From: Hyaloraphidium curvatum SAG 235-1
Taxonomy: Eukaryota > Fungi > Monoblepharomycota
Reading direction: 5' to 3'
Assembly: GCA_025558095.1 (NCBI GenBank)
Contig: JAIVFI010000020.1
Location: 310,001-374,000 of the forward strand
DNA: 64,000 nucleotides
Part shown: one piece after another, positions 1 through 13,639 of the stretch
Layout of the letters: each line of letters begins with the position of its first letter
Position numbering within the stretch: the stretch's first letter is position 1
The notes under the pieces: generated by a model
The model's database searches: none
The model's input: the letters and a program-made list of their open reading frames with translations, nothing else
Told to the model about the DNA's origin: nothing
Translations under genes and position numbers: made by a program

Positions 1-1
1 T

Positions 2-271
2 TCGCACAACCTGAGGCAGCTGGCCAAAACGTGCGACCAGATTTCGGTTCTGCTGGCCAAGCACGAATTTGCCACGGAGCCGATTGGGGCTTGGACCGAC
101 GTGGTTGCCATGTACGAAAAGCGACTTCGCCTTGCGGACGAGGCCAACCCGGGGTTTCGGCGGACAAAGCTTAGGGACATGTCGCAGAGGACGGCGGAGA
201 TTGTTGCGTGGGTCGACAGTGTTGCCGCTCAAGCGGCCGCCGGCGCAGGACCGAATGTGGGTGCCACTTAG
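2..271 (+). CDS. 3' end of a gene entering from the left edge (hypothetical protein)
   Basis: Open frame from base 2 (SHNLRQLAKTCDQISVLL...GPNVGAT) to TAG at 269-271, with protein-like composition; no family recognised. Confidence 0.5.
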   Translation, partial: SHNLRQLAKTCDQISVLLAKHEFATEPIGAWTDVVAMYEKRLRLADEANPGFRRTKLRDMSQRTAEIVAWVDSVAAQAAAGAGPNVGAT

Positions 272-387
272 GTTGAGATCAGAGTTATCAGATTGTACGA
301 GATCTAGCTACAAGAGGCATATGCAATGCAAAGTCTATCATGCTTCAATCAAGATCCAGAACCACGGAGCATTCCAGCATTCCTTGT

Positions 388-1243
388 TCACTCCAGATCG
401 AGAACGACCACCTCTGCCCTCACGTCGCCGACGTTCTCGATCCTGAGCTTGCCGTTGAAGTCCGTCACGAAGGCGCCGTCTCCCTTGGCGAGCGTGAGGG
501 TCTGGCCGGAATCGTGCTCGATCTTGACCTTTGAGTCCCCGGTCATGACGTTGTGCACGTACAACCGGCGGCCGGCGTCGCCGAATGCCTGGTGCTCGAC
601 CGCCTTGCCGGGATCGAGGAGCGTCGCTTCCATGTAGAGGTCGGCATGGATCTTGATGGGCGCCTCCTGGCCCGCGGGAGCTTTGGCGGGATCAAAGTCG
701 TCGGGAGCCACGATCAGCGCAAGTTTGTTCTCCTTGACCGAGTCCGGGAAGTGGCCGGTCTGGTAGCCAGGCTTGGGGACCTTGATCCTGGGTTCGGCCC
801 AGCTATTTGCAAGTGTCAGAGAAGGCCAAAAGTAGGTCAGCGAACAAAACTCACAGCTGAAGGAACCTGACCGGCGTCGAAGGTGAGACGTTGTATTCGG
901 AGTGCCGAATTCCTGTCGAAGTGTGCGTCATCTGGACGCCGCCGCGGGGAATGATCTCCCGAGTACCCAAGGAATCCCGATGCTCGAGCTCCCCGGAATA
1001 CACGTAGGAAAAGATATCGAACCGGGAATGCCCGTGGGTCCCGAAACCCTCCATCGGCTCGACGTGGTCCTCGTTCAAGACCCGGAGGCTTCCGAAGGAG
1101 GTGTAGGCCTTATCGTAATAGTTCGCAAATGAAAAGGTGTGGTAGGTGTCGAGCCAGCCGTGGTTGGCGTGGCCCCTGGTCGCCGAAGGGCGGAGCGTGA
1201 AGGTGGGTGTGCGGGTCATGGTCTTTCCGATGCGAGAGAGCAT
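388..1243 (-). CDS. Pirin family (cupin, YhhW-like) protein, 2 exons
   Basis: RGHANHGWLDTYHTFSFANYYD, LRVLNEDHV, GFGTHGH, GELEHRDSLG and TGIRHSEYN motifs; intron 803-854 joins the ORFs at 851 and 388; start is Met 1243 or 1219. Confidence 0.9.
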
Positions 1244-1475
1244 GTGTGTCTCGATGAGTCTGTGATGACCAGAGTCCGAGCGGGGCTCCATCCTTTTATA
1301 CTCGAGAGGCTGTTTGTAAACGAATCGGCGAATCGGAATCGGAGGTCGGATCCGGGATTCCGGGGGGTTGCCGGTTTCGTTGTTGGTGCTGTGATCGATC
1401 GACCCGCAGCTCCGATTTTCCGATCGGTGATCGGCGGCCACATCCACGAGCGTCGCGCTTGGCAACTCGGAGAAC

Positions 1476-1945
1476 ATGGTGTTCTCGCTCGGCCAGCTCC
1501 TTTATGCCACCGTGCTGTTCGTGAACGCAATTGCCATTCTCCACGAGGAGCGTTTCCTGGCGCGAAGTGGGACCCAGCGCCGGCGGACCCCGACGCGTCT
1601 CTCATTGGCTCCTCTCGGCAACGGCATGACTTTTCCAGTCGGCTGGTCAACCTCGCAAGCCTTCCAACAACAGGATCGATTTGGGAATGACGGAGGAGGG
1701 CCCTCGATAAAGGCCAGACTAGTCGCCCTCATCAGCGCGGTCCGGACACTGCTTCGATGTGGGTGGACCGAACGCTTCGCCCGTCCTGGCACGAGGTCTT
1801 ACCGAGCTCAATCACTTTGTGCTGTTGGCGTGAATGTGCTCCTGACTCCGCACCTTCGGACCCTCTTTTCCCCCTGCCACGCGACCCAGTTCCCCTAATC
1901 GCCCTGAACATTCTCATAATTGTCTACGAGCTGATTCTGGGTTAA
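1476..1945 (+). CDS. YOS1: Yos1/IER3IP1 ER-Golgi membrane protein, 3 exons
   Basis: LFVNAIAILHEERFLAR / VGW / SIKARLVALISAVRTLLR / PLIALNILIIVYELILG; introns 1567-1638 and 1759-1889. Confidence 0.9.
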
Positions 1946-2340
1946 TGATGGTCTGCCGCTCTCGTAGAGCGACAGGGGGTGGTGGGAATATGGTTGAACG
2001 TGCGGATGGGGAGTGAGGGCCCGACTCCTGGAAGGTCGGCGATACCCGCGGGGCACGGCTCTCCGCAAATGACAGCGAATGATCCATTGCATGAGTTAAG
2101 TACAGCAGACACTGCATCTGAGGCATCGATCCTGGAGATGCCCAACCGTCATCCATGGAAATCAGCACGGTCTTCTCCGCCCGTGACGTTGCCTCTCTTC
2201 CCGATCCGCTTCGGGATGCGAGGCAGCCGTGGGCAGCGAACGACCAAAACTCAACCAGCGTGCCGAAAGCAGCGCAAAAGCGTCCTCCCTCCGAACCAGC
2301 AGGATGTCGTGGGCGCGCAAAGACGTCCATGACAGCCCCC

Positions 2341-4652
<2,312 letters not shown>

Positions 4653-4850
4653 GTTTGCCGAAGCGCGGCCTCGAGCTGCGGCTCCGCTGGCGGCTCAAAG
4701 GCGAATGGGAAGGGGGAGGACAAACAACTTCTGGGGGCGTTCGGTAACGGGCTGGGGCGCGTGGCTGCGCCCTCAGGACGACGGTTCACGAGAGTCGCTC
4801 AGCCTGGGCCTACCGTTCAATAGGAAGATTGTCGCGTATATCACTGAGCA

Positions 4851-5373
4851 ATGGCTTCGACGGCGGCCTCGGCGACGTCGACGGCGCAGGTGCAGCAGGA
4901 GCTGGAAGGTTGTGCCTGCCTTCGCACCAACTCGGGTCCCCCGACTTACCGTCCGCGGACGTGGTTGCGGACCGGATACCGGACGGACTGGGCAATCCCG
5001 CGGTCTTTGACCTCAAAGAGGTCAAGGTGATCATGCAGGATAACTTAAACAAAGCCATAGAGCGCGGCGAGAACCTCCAGGACCTGCAGCTCAAGACCGA
5101 GGAGCTGCAGGAGTCGAGCCAGCAATTCCAAAAGACCGCGAAGGAGGTGGGTCCTCCGGGGGACGTAACCGTCGCGTCGAGGCTGACACTTTACAGGTGA
5201 AACGTCAGATGTGGTGTGGGGCTCTCTTCCTTACAGCTCGTACGGGAAGCTTGATTGACCTTCGATCTCACGCCACAGGGAAGGACACGAAGATGCAGAT
5301 CATTATTGGAGTTGTCGTCGTCTGCGTTTTGGCCCTGATCATAGGACTTTCCGTTGGACTGTCAAAGAAGTGA
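4851..5373 (+). CDS. Synaptobrevin/VAMP R-SNARE, paralog A
   Basis: Spliced MASTAASATSTAQVQQELEEVKVIMQDNLNKAIERGENLQDLQLKTEEL...VKRQMWWKDTKMQIIIGVVVVCVLALIIGLSVGLSKK; 19-nt exon at 5197-5215. Confidence 0.88.
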
Positions 5374-5482
5374 CAGCCTCGGGCCGCCGTACGGGAATCG
5401 TTGGTATTCGTCCCCGAAGAACACTGCTGACTAGACCATGAATGAGCTATACTTAATGTGCCGATTTGCTGCTGTTGCTGAT

Positions 5483-6277
5483 TCACTTGTTGACGCTCTT
5501 CGAATAAATGTACGATCAGGGAGCGTTCGCGGCGCGAGAGGCGGTCCGGAAACGTACCGTGACGATGACAACAATGACAATGATGAGGATGATCGCGATG
5601 ACGACGCCAAGAATAATCTTGAGCTGTGGGAACGGGCCCCGAAACGACGGCGGTACTTCGGCGTCAGTGCTCGCGCAAAGACCCGGCGGCAACCGACCCA
5701 CCTTCATGTCCCTGTGAGAATGGCGAGGAAAGAGCGACCCAACAACAGAGGCAGACGTCCGCAAGGGTCAGCGGGGCTCCACGGCACACGGGGGACCCGC
5801 CACCGACCTCCACCACATCTCCTTCCGCACGGCGTTGGCCCCGCGCTTGAACTGCAGCGAGCTCTGCTGCAGATCGTCCGTCTTTGTCTGCAGCGACTCG
5901 AGGGCCTCGCCGCGCTGGACGACCTTGTTCACGTTCTGCTGCATAATCTGGACCACCTCATCTGGGGATCCGGGGAGCGAGCGTGGGCGAGGGAGGGCCC
6001 AAGGCAGCATGCATTGCAGCGCAGGATTCGTCCGGAACGGGTAGCAAGAGTCGGAGGTCCAGGAGGGCGGGGCGGTGTCAGATGCCAGAGCAGGGGCCCA
6101 CGTCCGGCGACGGCGGACGCACCGACTTGCGCCTGCACCTCCGCGGTCTTGGAGCTGCCTGCGGCGGACGAGCCGCCGGCCTCGATGTCGTCGTCCCGGT
6201 AGGACTGTGGGCGGGAGGGCACCGCCGCGGAGTTGAGCGCGGGGCCCGCGGGCGGCGCGCGGGGGAGCCCGCACCAT
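5483..6277 (-). CDS. Synaptobrevin/VAMP R-SNARE (Snc1-like), paralog B
   Basis: EVQAQVDEVVQIMQQNVNKVVQRGEALESLQTKTDDL...RKEMWWRDMKLKIILGVVIAIILIIVIVVIVT; ATG-only first exon; 10-nt exon at 5702-5711. Confidence 0.9.
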
Positions 6278-6429
6278 TGGAGCTGTGCGATGGGTGCGGA
6301 GAGCGGGGCGCGGAGGGGTCGGCGGCACGGGCGCGGCGTGGAGTTTCGGTGCTGTGGGCGGAGTGGGATGGGGCGCTGGCTGACGACGCGCGGGAGCAGG
6401 AGAGCGAGGGCGCACCGCCGCACGCGTCA

Positions 6430-9400
6430 ATGTCGTCCACGCCGCCGCTCGGCCGCGTCAATGGCGGCGGCGGGTCGGCGCCGTCGCCGCAGAGCACCGC
6501 GCGCGGCGTCAAGCTGCTGGAGGACTGGGAGAACAACGTGCGGCTGAGCGAGGTGCAGCGCGAGGCGATCCTGGCCATTCAGGCCGCGTGCGCGGACCTG
6601 CCGTTCCCGGAGCACGTGCGTGGGCTGCTGTGGACGTCTGGAATGGAGTGGTGACCCCGGAGCGCCCGCTGCAGCTGCTGGCCACGTCGGCGGCCCCGGT
6701 GCGGGCCGAGTCGGCCTTCAGCACCGCCGGGGACTCGGAGCGGGACGAGGGCGGCCCGAATGGGACGCTGACGCGCAAATCGACGATCCTGGAGAGCATG
6801 GATCCGGTCGAGACCACGCAGCAGTTCCTGTCGTGGTTCGAAGGCATCGAACAGAACATGGAGAAGGGCCAGGAGGACATCTACAGGTGGGGACGGCCAT
6901 TTGTTCGGCCGGAAAGCGAATCCTTGACGCGGCGGCACAGGGCCTACCTGGATACGGTCACCGTCTACCGCGACACGTGCGACCTGATCGTCCAGAGGAT
7001 GGACGAGACGGCCGTGCTCTTCAAGGACCTCAACACCAACTTCACCTTCGTGGAGGAACGGACGCGGGCCCTCCAGACCGCATGTGAGAAGCTGCTGGAA
7101 GAGCAAAACCAGCTGGTGCTCCTGGAGGAGGAAATCAACCGGCGGCTCGCCTACTTCAACGAGCTCGAGAACATCACGCGGCAGCTCAACGCGCCCGGCG
7201 ATGCCTGCACGAGGAGCACCTTTATCCCGATGCTGGGACGCCTGGACGAGTGTATCACCTTCATTGAGCGCAACGTGGGTCGCGCCTTGCGTTTGGCTGC
7301 CCGGTGTCCTTGAAGCGGCGCCGCTTCGCAGCCCAAGTACCTCGACGCGGAGCTCTACGGGATGCGTTTCCGCCAGTGCATGACCCGCTCGATGACCCTG
7401 GTCAAGATGCACGTCGTCGGCGAGTTCAAGCACCTCTCCTGGGAGGCCACGCAGAAGCCGCCGAAATCGGACACGTCGGCCGCCACCCAGCTGTTCCTCA
7501 AGTTCCGGACGCTGGCCACCCGCGTGCGCCCGCTCATTGGCGAGCTCGAGCGCCGCGCCCCGGCGAACCGCGAGTTTTTGGTGCTGTTGAAGGAGTGCTT
7601 CCGCTCGTACATCGCGGTCCGCAAGCAGGTCATGCTCCCGCTTGTTAAGGAGGCCGTGACCAAGGAGGGCAACGACGTCATCCGCATCATTCGCGAAGGT
7701 TGCGCGTACCTGAGCCAGGTGTGCCAGGACGAGGTTGGCCTGTTTCGGCAGTTCTTTGACACGGGCAGCGAGGACCTGCAGTAAGCAATTTGGTTCGCCG
7801 TGCCGGTGTCACGCCGCTTACGGACTCGACGGCAGAAACTACCTTGATTCCCTCAATTCCATGCTCTACGAGGCCGTCCGGCCGCTCGTCATCCACCTCC
7901 AATCCATCGATACCCTTTCCGAAATCTGCCAGATCCTCTACGCCAACCTGGGCGGCTGGGAGATCGAGCTCTCGCGCCAGGACGATGACGACGAGGAGGA
8001 GAACGAGAGCGTGCGCAACATGCAGCGCCGCATCCTCGCGGACGCGCAGGGCCGCTTCGTCTTCCGCGCCGAGCAGTTCATGCGCGAGGAGGTCGAGCGG
8101 TTCCCGTCGCTCAAGACCTCGGAGATCGAGGCGCTCGGCAACATGCGGAGGGCGGCGTCGCAGGCAGCCGGACTCGGGAGCCCGACGCCGGCAGCGCTGG
8201 CAACCGCCTCGGCCCTGGCGCGGTCGGCGGAGGCTCCCGCGACGCTGGCCGTCGAGGAGCAGGAGACCGTCGCGGACTCTACCGCAGCCAAACCCGCGGA
8301 GGTCTCCGAGGGCGTTGTGGAAGGGTTCCAGACGGCGGCCGTTGCCGACGGGAGCGAGTCGTTGCCGGCTTCGGGGCTGGAGGGGCCGAAACGCACCCCG
8401 TTCGGTCTGGGCAAAATGGTCTACGGCGGTGGAGAGTACTACCCGACCATTCAGCGGACACTTTACCTTCTCGGGAAGCTGTATCGGGCCGTCACGCCAC
8501 CCGTGTTCGAGGATCTTGCCCAGGAAGCCGTCGACATGTGCCGGCGAATCATTGTTGGCATTTCCGAAAAGGCAGATCCGAACCAGGTCAGTTCATGTTG
8601 CTTTCTCTCCCGCTGACCATGCTGACGGCTCGTTGCAGAGCAAGGTCGACGTGCAGCTTTTCCTCATGAAGAACCTGCTTGCCCTCCGCGAACAGATCGC
8701 CGCTTTCGACGGTTACTTCGTTCACAACGAGCAGAACCTGGCCTTCACTGGACTCACCGACATTCTCCTGACGCTCGTCAACCCGACTACGTTCATCTCT
8801 TTCGGCGCCAACATCAAGGTCGTCGAGTCCTACGCCGATGCGAAAGAGAATCTGGACGCGGAGGTCAAGCGGGTCTGCGAGGAGTACATTGCCGACGCCA
8901 CGAAGGCTGTCGTGGAGCCCTTGTCCTCTTTCATGCTCAAGGTCCGTGGTTCACTCTGCTCTTTTCTCTTACGATTAACCAACGATTCTTTTCAGGCGTC
9001 GGCGTTCCGGCTACGCGGCCCAGCCGCAGGCGGACAGCTTCGGGATCAGGCATTCGCCCGTCCGGACCAGATCCCGACGCTCCACGCCGCCTTCCTCGAC
9101 GCGCTGTCCTCGCGGCTCAAGTCGTACGTCGAGCGACTCGACGACTACCTCGGCGACCGGAAAACCGAGGTCGTCCTGATCAGAGTCATCCGGGCCAACA
9201 TCGTGGACTCCTACCGCAACTTCTTCGACCTGGTTCGGAAGGAGTACGATCCCGCCGTCGGGTTGGCGCTCTCGAGCGTGCCCGACGTCGAGAAGAGGAT
9301 CCTGGATCTGTTGCCGATCGCGCTGCGGGCCGAAATCGCGAAACCGGACGATGCACCGCCAGGAACGGAGGGTCCTTTGGCGCCTCCTGACTCGGACGCG

Positions 9401-9430
9401 GTTATTGGTGCAACGGACGGCGAAAGCTAG
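6430..9430 (+). CDS. COG3: Conserved oligomeric Golgi complex subunit 3 (Sec34), multi-exon
   Basis: PVETTQQFLSWF, LQTACEKLLEEQ, RLAYFNELE, RFRQCMTRSMTL, HLQSIDTLSEICQIL, DAQGRFVFRA, YYPTIQRTLYLLGKLYR, LFLMKNLLALREQI. Confidence 0.9.
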
Positions 9431-9867
9431 AGCTCGGTGCCCCTCTTTGTATACCCCTAGACATTCCGACGTTCCAACAGACTGATTGACATCATGGATA
9501 TAAATCTCGCCGTCGCGTATAGCGCAGCTGCCCAGAAACCGGCAGGACGCAAAAGAAGACGGCTTCCGAGGAGGACGATCAAGGGTCGGGGGCCGGGGGC
9601 CGGCTCCAAGAGGCCTTCGGCAAATGCAGCAGGTACACACTGAATCTGAGCATATCGGAACGTATAGCAGGGCAGGAGCGGAGAGCGCCTTTACTCTGCC
9701 TAGCACCATCGAACAGATTGGAGACCGCGCGGCCGCGGTGCGGTGGCGACCATAGCGAGATGTCGTCATGCGGAGCGGAAAAGCTCGCTCGCGACCGTCC
9801 AGAATCGCGTGGATCGGTAATCAGCGGTATTCCACGCAAGAATCCGAAACTCTCGCCCCATAGCGCG

Positions 9868-10157
9868 TCAATCCGGGGCCAATGGTGCCGCTGTCTTCCC
9901 AATCGCTCCGACCGCGTCTGGCACAATGTCCGCCTCCTCCGGCCCCGGAAACGCGTTCCGTTTCGCGATTGACATGATCAGGATGATGAGTACGAAGCCG
10001 GCGAACTTGAAGACGGCTTGATTCTGTTTCGTCGCGGATGTGGTGCTGTCAGAACCCGTGAACCACTAGATTCGAGAACGACACCCACGGAGAGAGACTT
10101 TTCCTCGTCAGGAGAGCGAAACTGGCTGTAAATCTTCCTGAAGTTGGGGATGGCCAT
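9868..10157 (-). CDS. Predicted 74-aa single-pass microprotein, 2 exons
   Basis: Exon 10157-10089, GT-AG intron 10088-10024 and exon 10023-9868 give MAIPNFRKIYSQFRSPDEEKSLSNQAVFKFAGFVLIILIMSIAKRNAFPGPEEADIVPDAVGAIGKTAAPLAPD*. Confidence 0.6.
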
Positions 10158-10237
10158 TCTCCGTAGACAACACGAAGGGACGCCGCAGTGGAGTCCCGGT
10201 TCGCCGCCGGAGGCCGGAGACGCGGCCGGAGTCTGAG

Positions 10238-10666
10238 ATGGGTTTGCCATCGTCAACTCATCTCTATACGCTCTTCCTACAAGCACCCCACTTCCCAATC
10301 AACGTTCTTAACGCCATCAAGGTTGGATTCACAGCCGGGGACTAGTCCGCTTGATCTCATGTTCCTTACTTGACATCTGCCCCGCTCATGTTCCTTACTT
10401 GACATCTGCCCCGCTCAGGCCGTTCCGGAAGTGTGCACGATCTTCGCGGCCACGGCAAATCCGCTCAAGGTGATCGTCGCACAAGACGAAGACGGAAACA
10501 GGGGCGTCATGGGCGTCATTGACGGTAGATCTTTCGCTTTGCACAACCTGAGTTCACCCGGCGTGATCGATTCGCATGGTCAGGTCTGCCGCCGAAAGGC
10601 GTCGAAACCGAGGCCGACAAGAAGGAGAGGAGAGATTTCGTTCGTATGATTGGCTACAAACGATGA
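10238..10666 (+). CDS. Adenosine-specific kinase family (DUF355/PF04008-like), C-terminal half only; 3 exons; possibly a pseudogene
   Basis: Spliced HLYTLFLQAPHFPINVLNAIK / AVPEVCTIFAATANPLKVIVAQDEDGNRGVMGVIDG / LPPKGVETEADKKERRDFVRMIGYKR; introns 10322-10418 and 10525-10583. Confidence 0.8.
10356..10413 (+). repeat. Perfect 2 x 29-bp tandem duplication inside an intron
   Basis: ctcatgttccttacttgacatctgccccg occurs at 10356-10384 and 10385-10413. Confidence 0.95.
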
Positions 10667-10894
10667 TGACATGCACTAGCTCTGATGACATGGGCTTTCC
10701 CTCGTTATCCCGCGTGGGGTGCTTTAAAGATGATAGTCCGAAGGTCCGCAAGGTGCGCGGGGGAAGCGCGCGACCCAAGACACAACTCCTCCGCTTGACC
10801 AGCAGCACAGGTTGCTTCGTCCTCGGCCACACCGCAAACGCATTGCTTTCCAATCTCTTGCAGCCCTGCGGGGCGAGCGAGTGCCTGCGCGCCC

Positions 10895-11986
10895 ATGGAG
10901 GGCAGCCACGGGACTCCGACGGGACGCGTCCCAGAATCCACCACGGCGCGGCTGCTCAGCGCGCACGTGGCGCCGCTCTTTGCCCATCAGACGATAGCAT
11001 TTGGAATTGCCACGCTCGTCCCGCTGCTTCTGTCAGCTTACGAGGGAGTCGCGGCCGGAGTGTTGGCGGTGCTTCTCATCGAACTCCTCCGTGCCTTTGT
11101 GGAACGAGAAGCTGAATGGCGGGCGTACGTGGCAGCAGAGATGGCAGATGCTACCTCGGTCGGACATTCTGGGGAGAAGCACCGCGGCCGGAGCCCGCCC
11201 AAAACGCCGGGCGGTCTTCGCCAGGCAGTTCGGACTCAGTCGGGCACCTCCTACGGTTTCTTCAAGCTGGACCCGGACTCGCCCCGCTTTGCGAAACCTC
11301 AGTCGCCGTCGCCGCCGCGCAAGCGCGCACGACGTCTTTCGGCGGGCTTCGGTCTCGGAATCGATGGGCTTGCGACTCCGCCAGAGACGCCGGACGTCCG
11401 CCGCCCGTCCCACATGGATCTGGAGAGCAATCGCCGAGGAGATCCGGTTTCGGCGCACGATGACAATCCCCCGCCGCCTTACGATCCGTCGGATTCAAGT
11501 CTGAACGTGGGATCACACGCTTCGGAGCCTGCGTCACTCCACTCTTCCTCGACAAGCACACCTACGAAACGAACGGCAAGCTTCGGCCGTCGCAATGCCC
11601 CTGTCTTGACGACCCTCGACACAACATCCCTGACTCCCTTGCCGATGGTGTTCTCGGCCGTCTCCGAACCCTCATTGCAGTCGCTCGTACCAGGTGCCTT
11701 CTCACCCACGTTCCTACCTTCCCCGTCGCCGTCTCTCCCCGCGACAAACACGCGCTTGCTCCGTGAGAACGGTCATTTGCGGAAGCTCCTGACTAAGGCG
11801 AGGGCGGAGATCGTTTCTTTAGAGGATGCGCTGCTCCAAAAGGGCCTTGAGCTCGGGCGGCGCGTCCTGTTCGAGCAGGAGAACAACCGCAAAGCGTCCC
11901 CCGCCGCTGAAGAACGTGCAAAACCGGTTACCACTGGAGAGACAGATTTTCAAATCGCGGATGTGGATTTCGACCTTGGACCTTGA
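10895..11986 (+). CDS. Hypothetical protein: N-terminal hydrophobic hairpin, S/P-rich disordered middle, C-terminal coiled coil
   Basis: 363-aa intronless ORF; IAFGIATLVPLLL / VAAGVLAVLLIELL; RLLRENGHLRKLL. Confidence 0.65.
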   Translation: MEGSHGTPTGRVPESTTARLLSAHVAPLFAHQTIAFGIATLVPLLLSAYEGVAAGVLAVLLIELLRAFVEREAEWRAYVAAEMADATSVGHSGEKHRGRSPPKTPGGLRQAVRTQSGTSYGFFKLDPDSPRFAKPQSPSPPRKRARRLSAGFGLGIDGLATPPETPDVRRPSHMDLESNRRGDPVSAHDDNPPPPYDPSDSSLNVGSHASEPASLHSSSTSTPTKRTASFGRRNAPVLTTLDTTSLTPLPMVFSAVSEPSLQSLVPGAFSPTFLPSPSPSLPATNTRLLRENGHLRKLLTKARAEIVSLEDALLQKGLELGRRVLFEQENNRKASPAAEERAKPVTTGETDFQIADVDFDLGP

Positions 11987-12104
11987 GACTCTGGATCGAA
12001 AACGTCGGCGCCTCTTACCTCCCTCTGGACTTTGGTCATTATCCGAACAAACAGCGCCCAGATACCCAATCTACTGTAGCTTGTGTTGTAGCTGCTAGTG
12101 TGAA

Positions 12105-13080
12105 TCAAACCTTGGACTTGACTTCCGCCGCCGCCTTCGCTTCCGCCTCGGCTTTCGTCAGTGCCTCGATCAGCGGCGTGACTTGTTTGAACATGATCGA
12201 CGCATCGCCGACGTCAATCAGCTCCTCGGTCCCGGGCGTCCTCGTCGCACTCGGTGGGATCCAGCCCTTCCACGGGAGGTCGAGGAAGTCCGCGACGTGC
12301 TGCAAGGGAGCGTGTTCATGCCCTGAACGATAATCGCGGAGAATGCAGCGCACCTCCATCCTGTCGGTCCCGAAAAAGCCTTCCACCTTGGGCTTCCCGC
12401 CCGGCACGGGTTTCACGACGTTGAAGAAAGGGGTGCCTATGGCATAGCTTTCTGACGCCTCCTTCGCGTGAGCCTCCAGGAGATCTGTCACTTCCTTGCT
12501 GTCCATCTTGGAGGCGTCCGCGTACAGCGCACGGAGAGCCTCGACGCCCTCGGGGTACACCGGTCCGACGTACTTGGCCACGACGTCCGGTTCCGAAGGC
12601 ACGAGTTCGTCCCGCCAGTACGCCTCGAACAACGCGAGAGTGGCAGGAGCCACGAGCTCGGGGCGGTTGATGTGGAACCAAGCCAGAAGCTTGTTTGCCC
12701 CCCCAGCGTTCGCCGGAAAGACCTTGTTGATCGGCGCAATCGGAATGCCGTCTTCGAACGAACGGAAAAATCAGAATGCCGGATCATAGGAGGGGGAGAA
12801 GTTACCCACAAAGCTTCCTCATCCGTGCGGTATCACGCATCAGCGTCCGCATCCGAAAATCGTTCCCCGGAGGACCCGGCCAGTTGCCGGCCCACAACCT
12901 GATGTGGTAAAGCGAGCATGGTCGCAGCTCGAGCTTGACCTCCGGCCATTCCTTCGGGATGTAGCGATTGAGGAGCTCCAGCGCGAGGTAGGAGAACGGT
13001 GAGGCAATGTCGTAGTAGAAGTAGATGGCAGGGGATGTCGTGTCGAGGGAGGCAGGAGGCGGGAGACGTTCAGCGGCCAT
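12105..13080 (-). CDS. Glutathione S-transferase kappa / HCCA isomerase (DsbA-like thioredoxin fold)
   Basis: IYFYYDIASPFSYLA at the N-terminus; AIGTPFF...FFGTDRME near the C-terminus; spliced. Confidence 0.85.
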
Positions 13081-13639
13081 CTTGCGAGACTGGCGACATT
13101 TAGGGGATTCGAGTCAAATCTTCGATCTGACAAGGACAAGCACGAGGAAGCGTCTGTATCGTGCTCACCCTTGCGATGGGACTCGTTCGAGGGCGAGAGA
13201 GATTCGGGTGAGCTCGGTTGTGGCCACTGCCGCCAGTGAGTGGTTCCCGCTTGGGAGGTTCTCCGCCCATCCCTTTCTTCCCTTTCGGCTGCCTGCTGTC
13301 AACGTAGAGCGCTCTACGATTCCATTTGATAGCACAGTTATTCTTCCGGCCACGTACCGTACCCGCTTGAAAGCTGCAGCTACCAAATCTTTCTTCGAAG
13401 ATGAAGAAGCCTCGCAAAGTCGGCTCCCTTCGAACTGCAGTCCTAGCTATTGGCATCGAGCATCCATGAAATGGGAGGCAGAGGCGCTGGGCATCGGTCG
13501 GGGAGCGCAGCGTGCCGTCGTCCGATTTCGTCCGGCTAGGGTCTTCGAGGGAGCGGAGCACCCTGACCTGCGCCGACAACTGTTTTTCGACTTCCACGCA
13601 CAGCCCTCTTTCTCGCCACTTCGCCCCACCTGCATCGCC

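Noticed and set aside
9431-9867. Possible extra small gene, or missing N-terminal exons of the kinase-like gene
   Set aside because: No convincing spliced ORF or family motif found on either strand
10356-10413. 29-bp repeat as a CRISPR-like array
   Set aside because: Two adjacent copies with no spacer, inside a eukaryotic intron, and no cas genes
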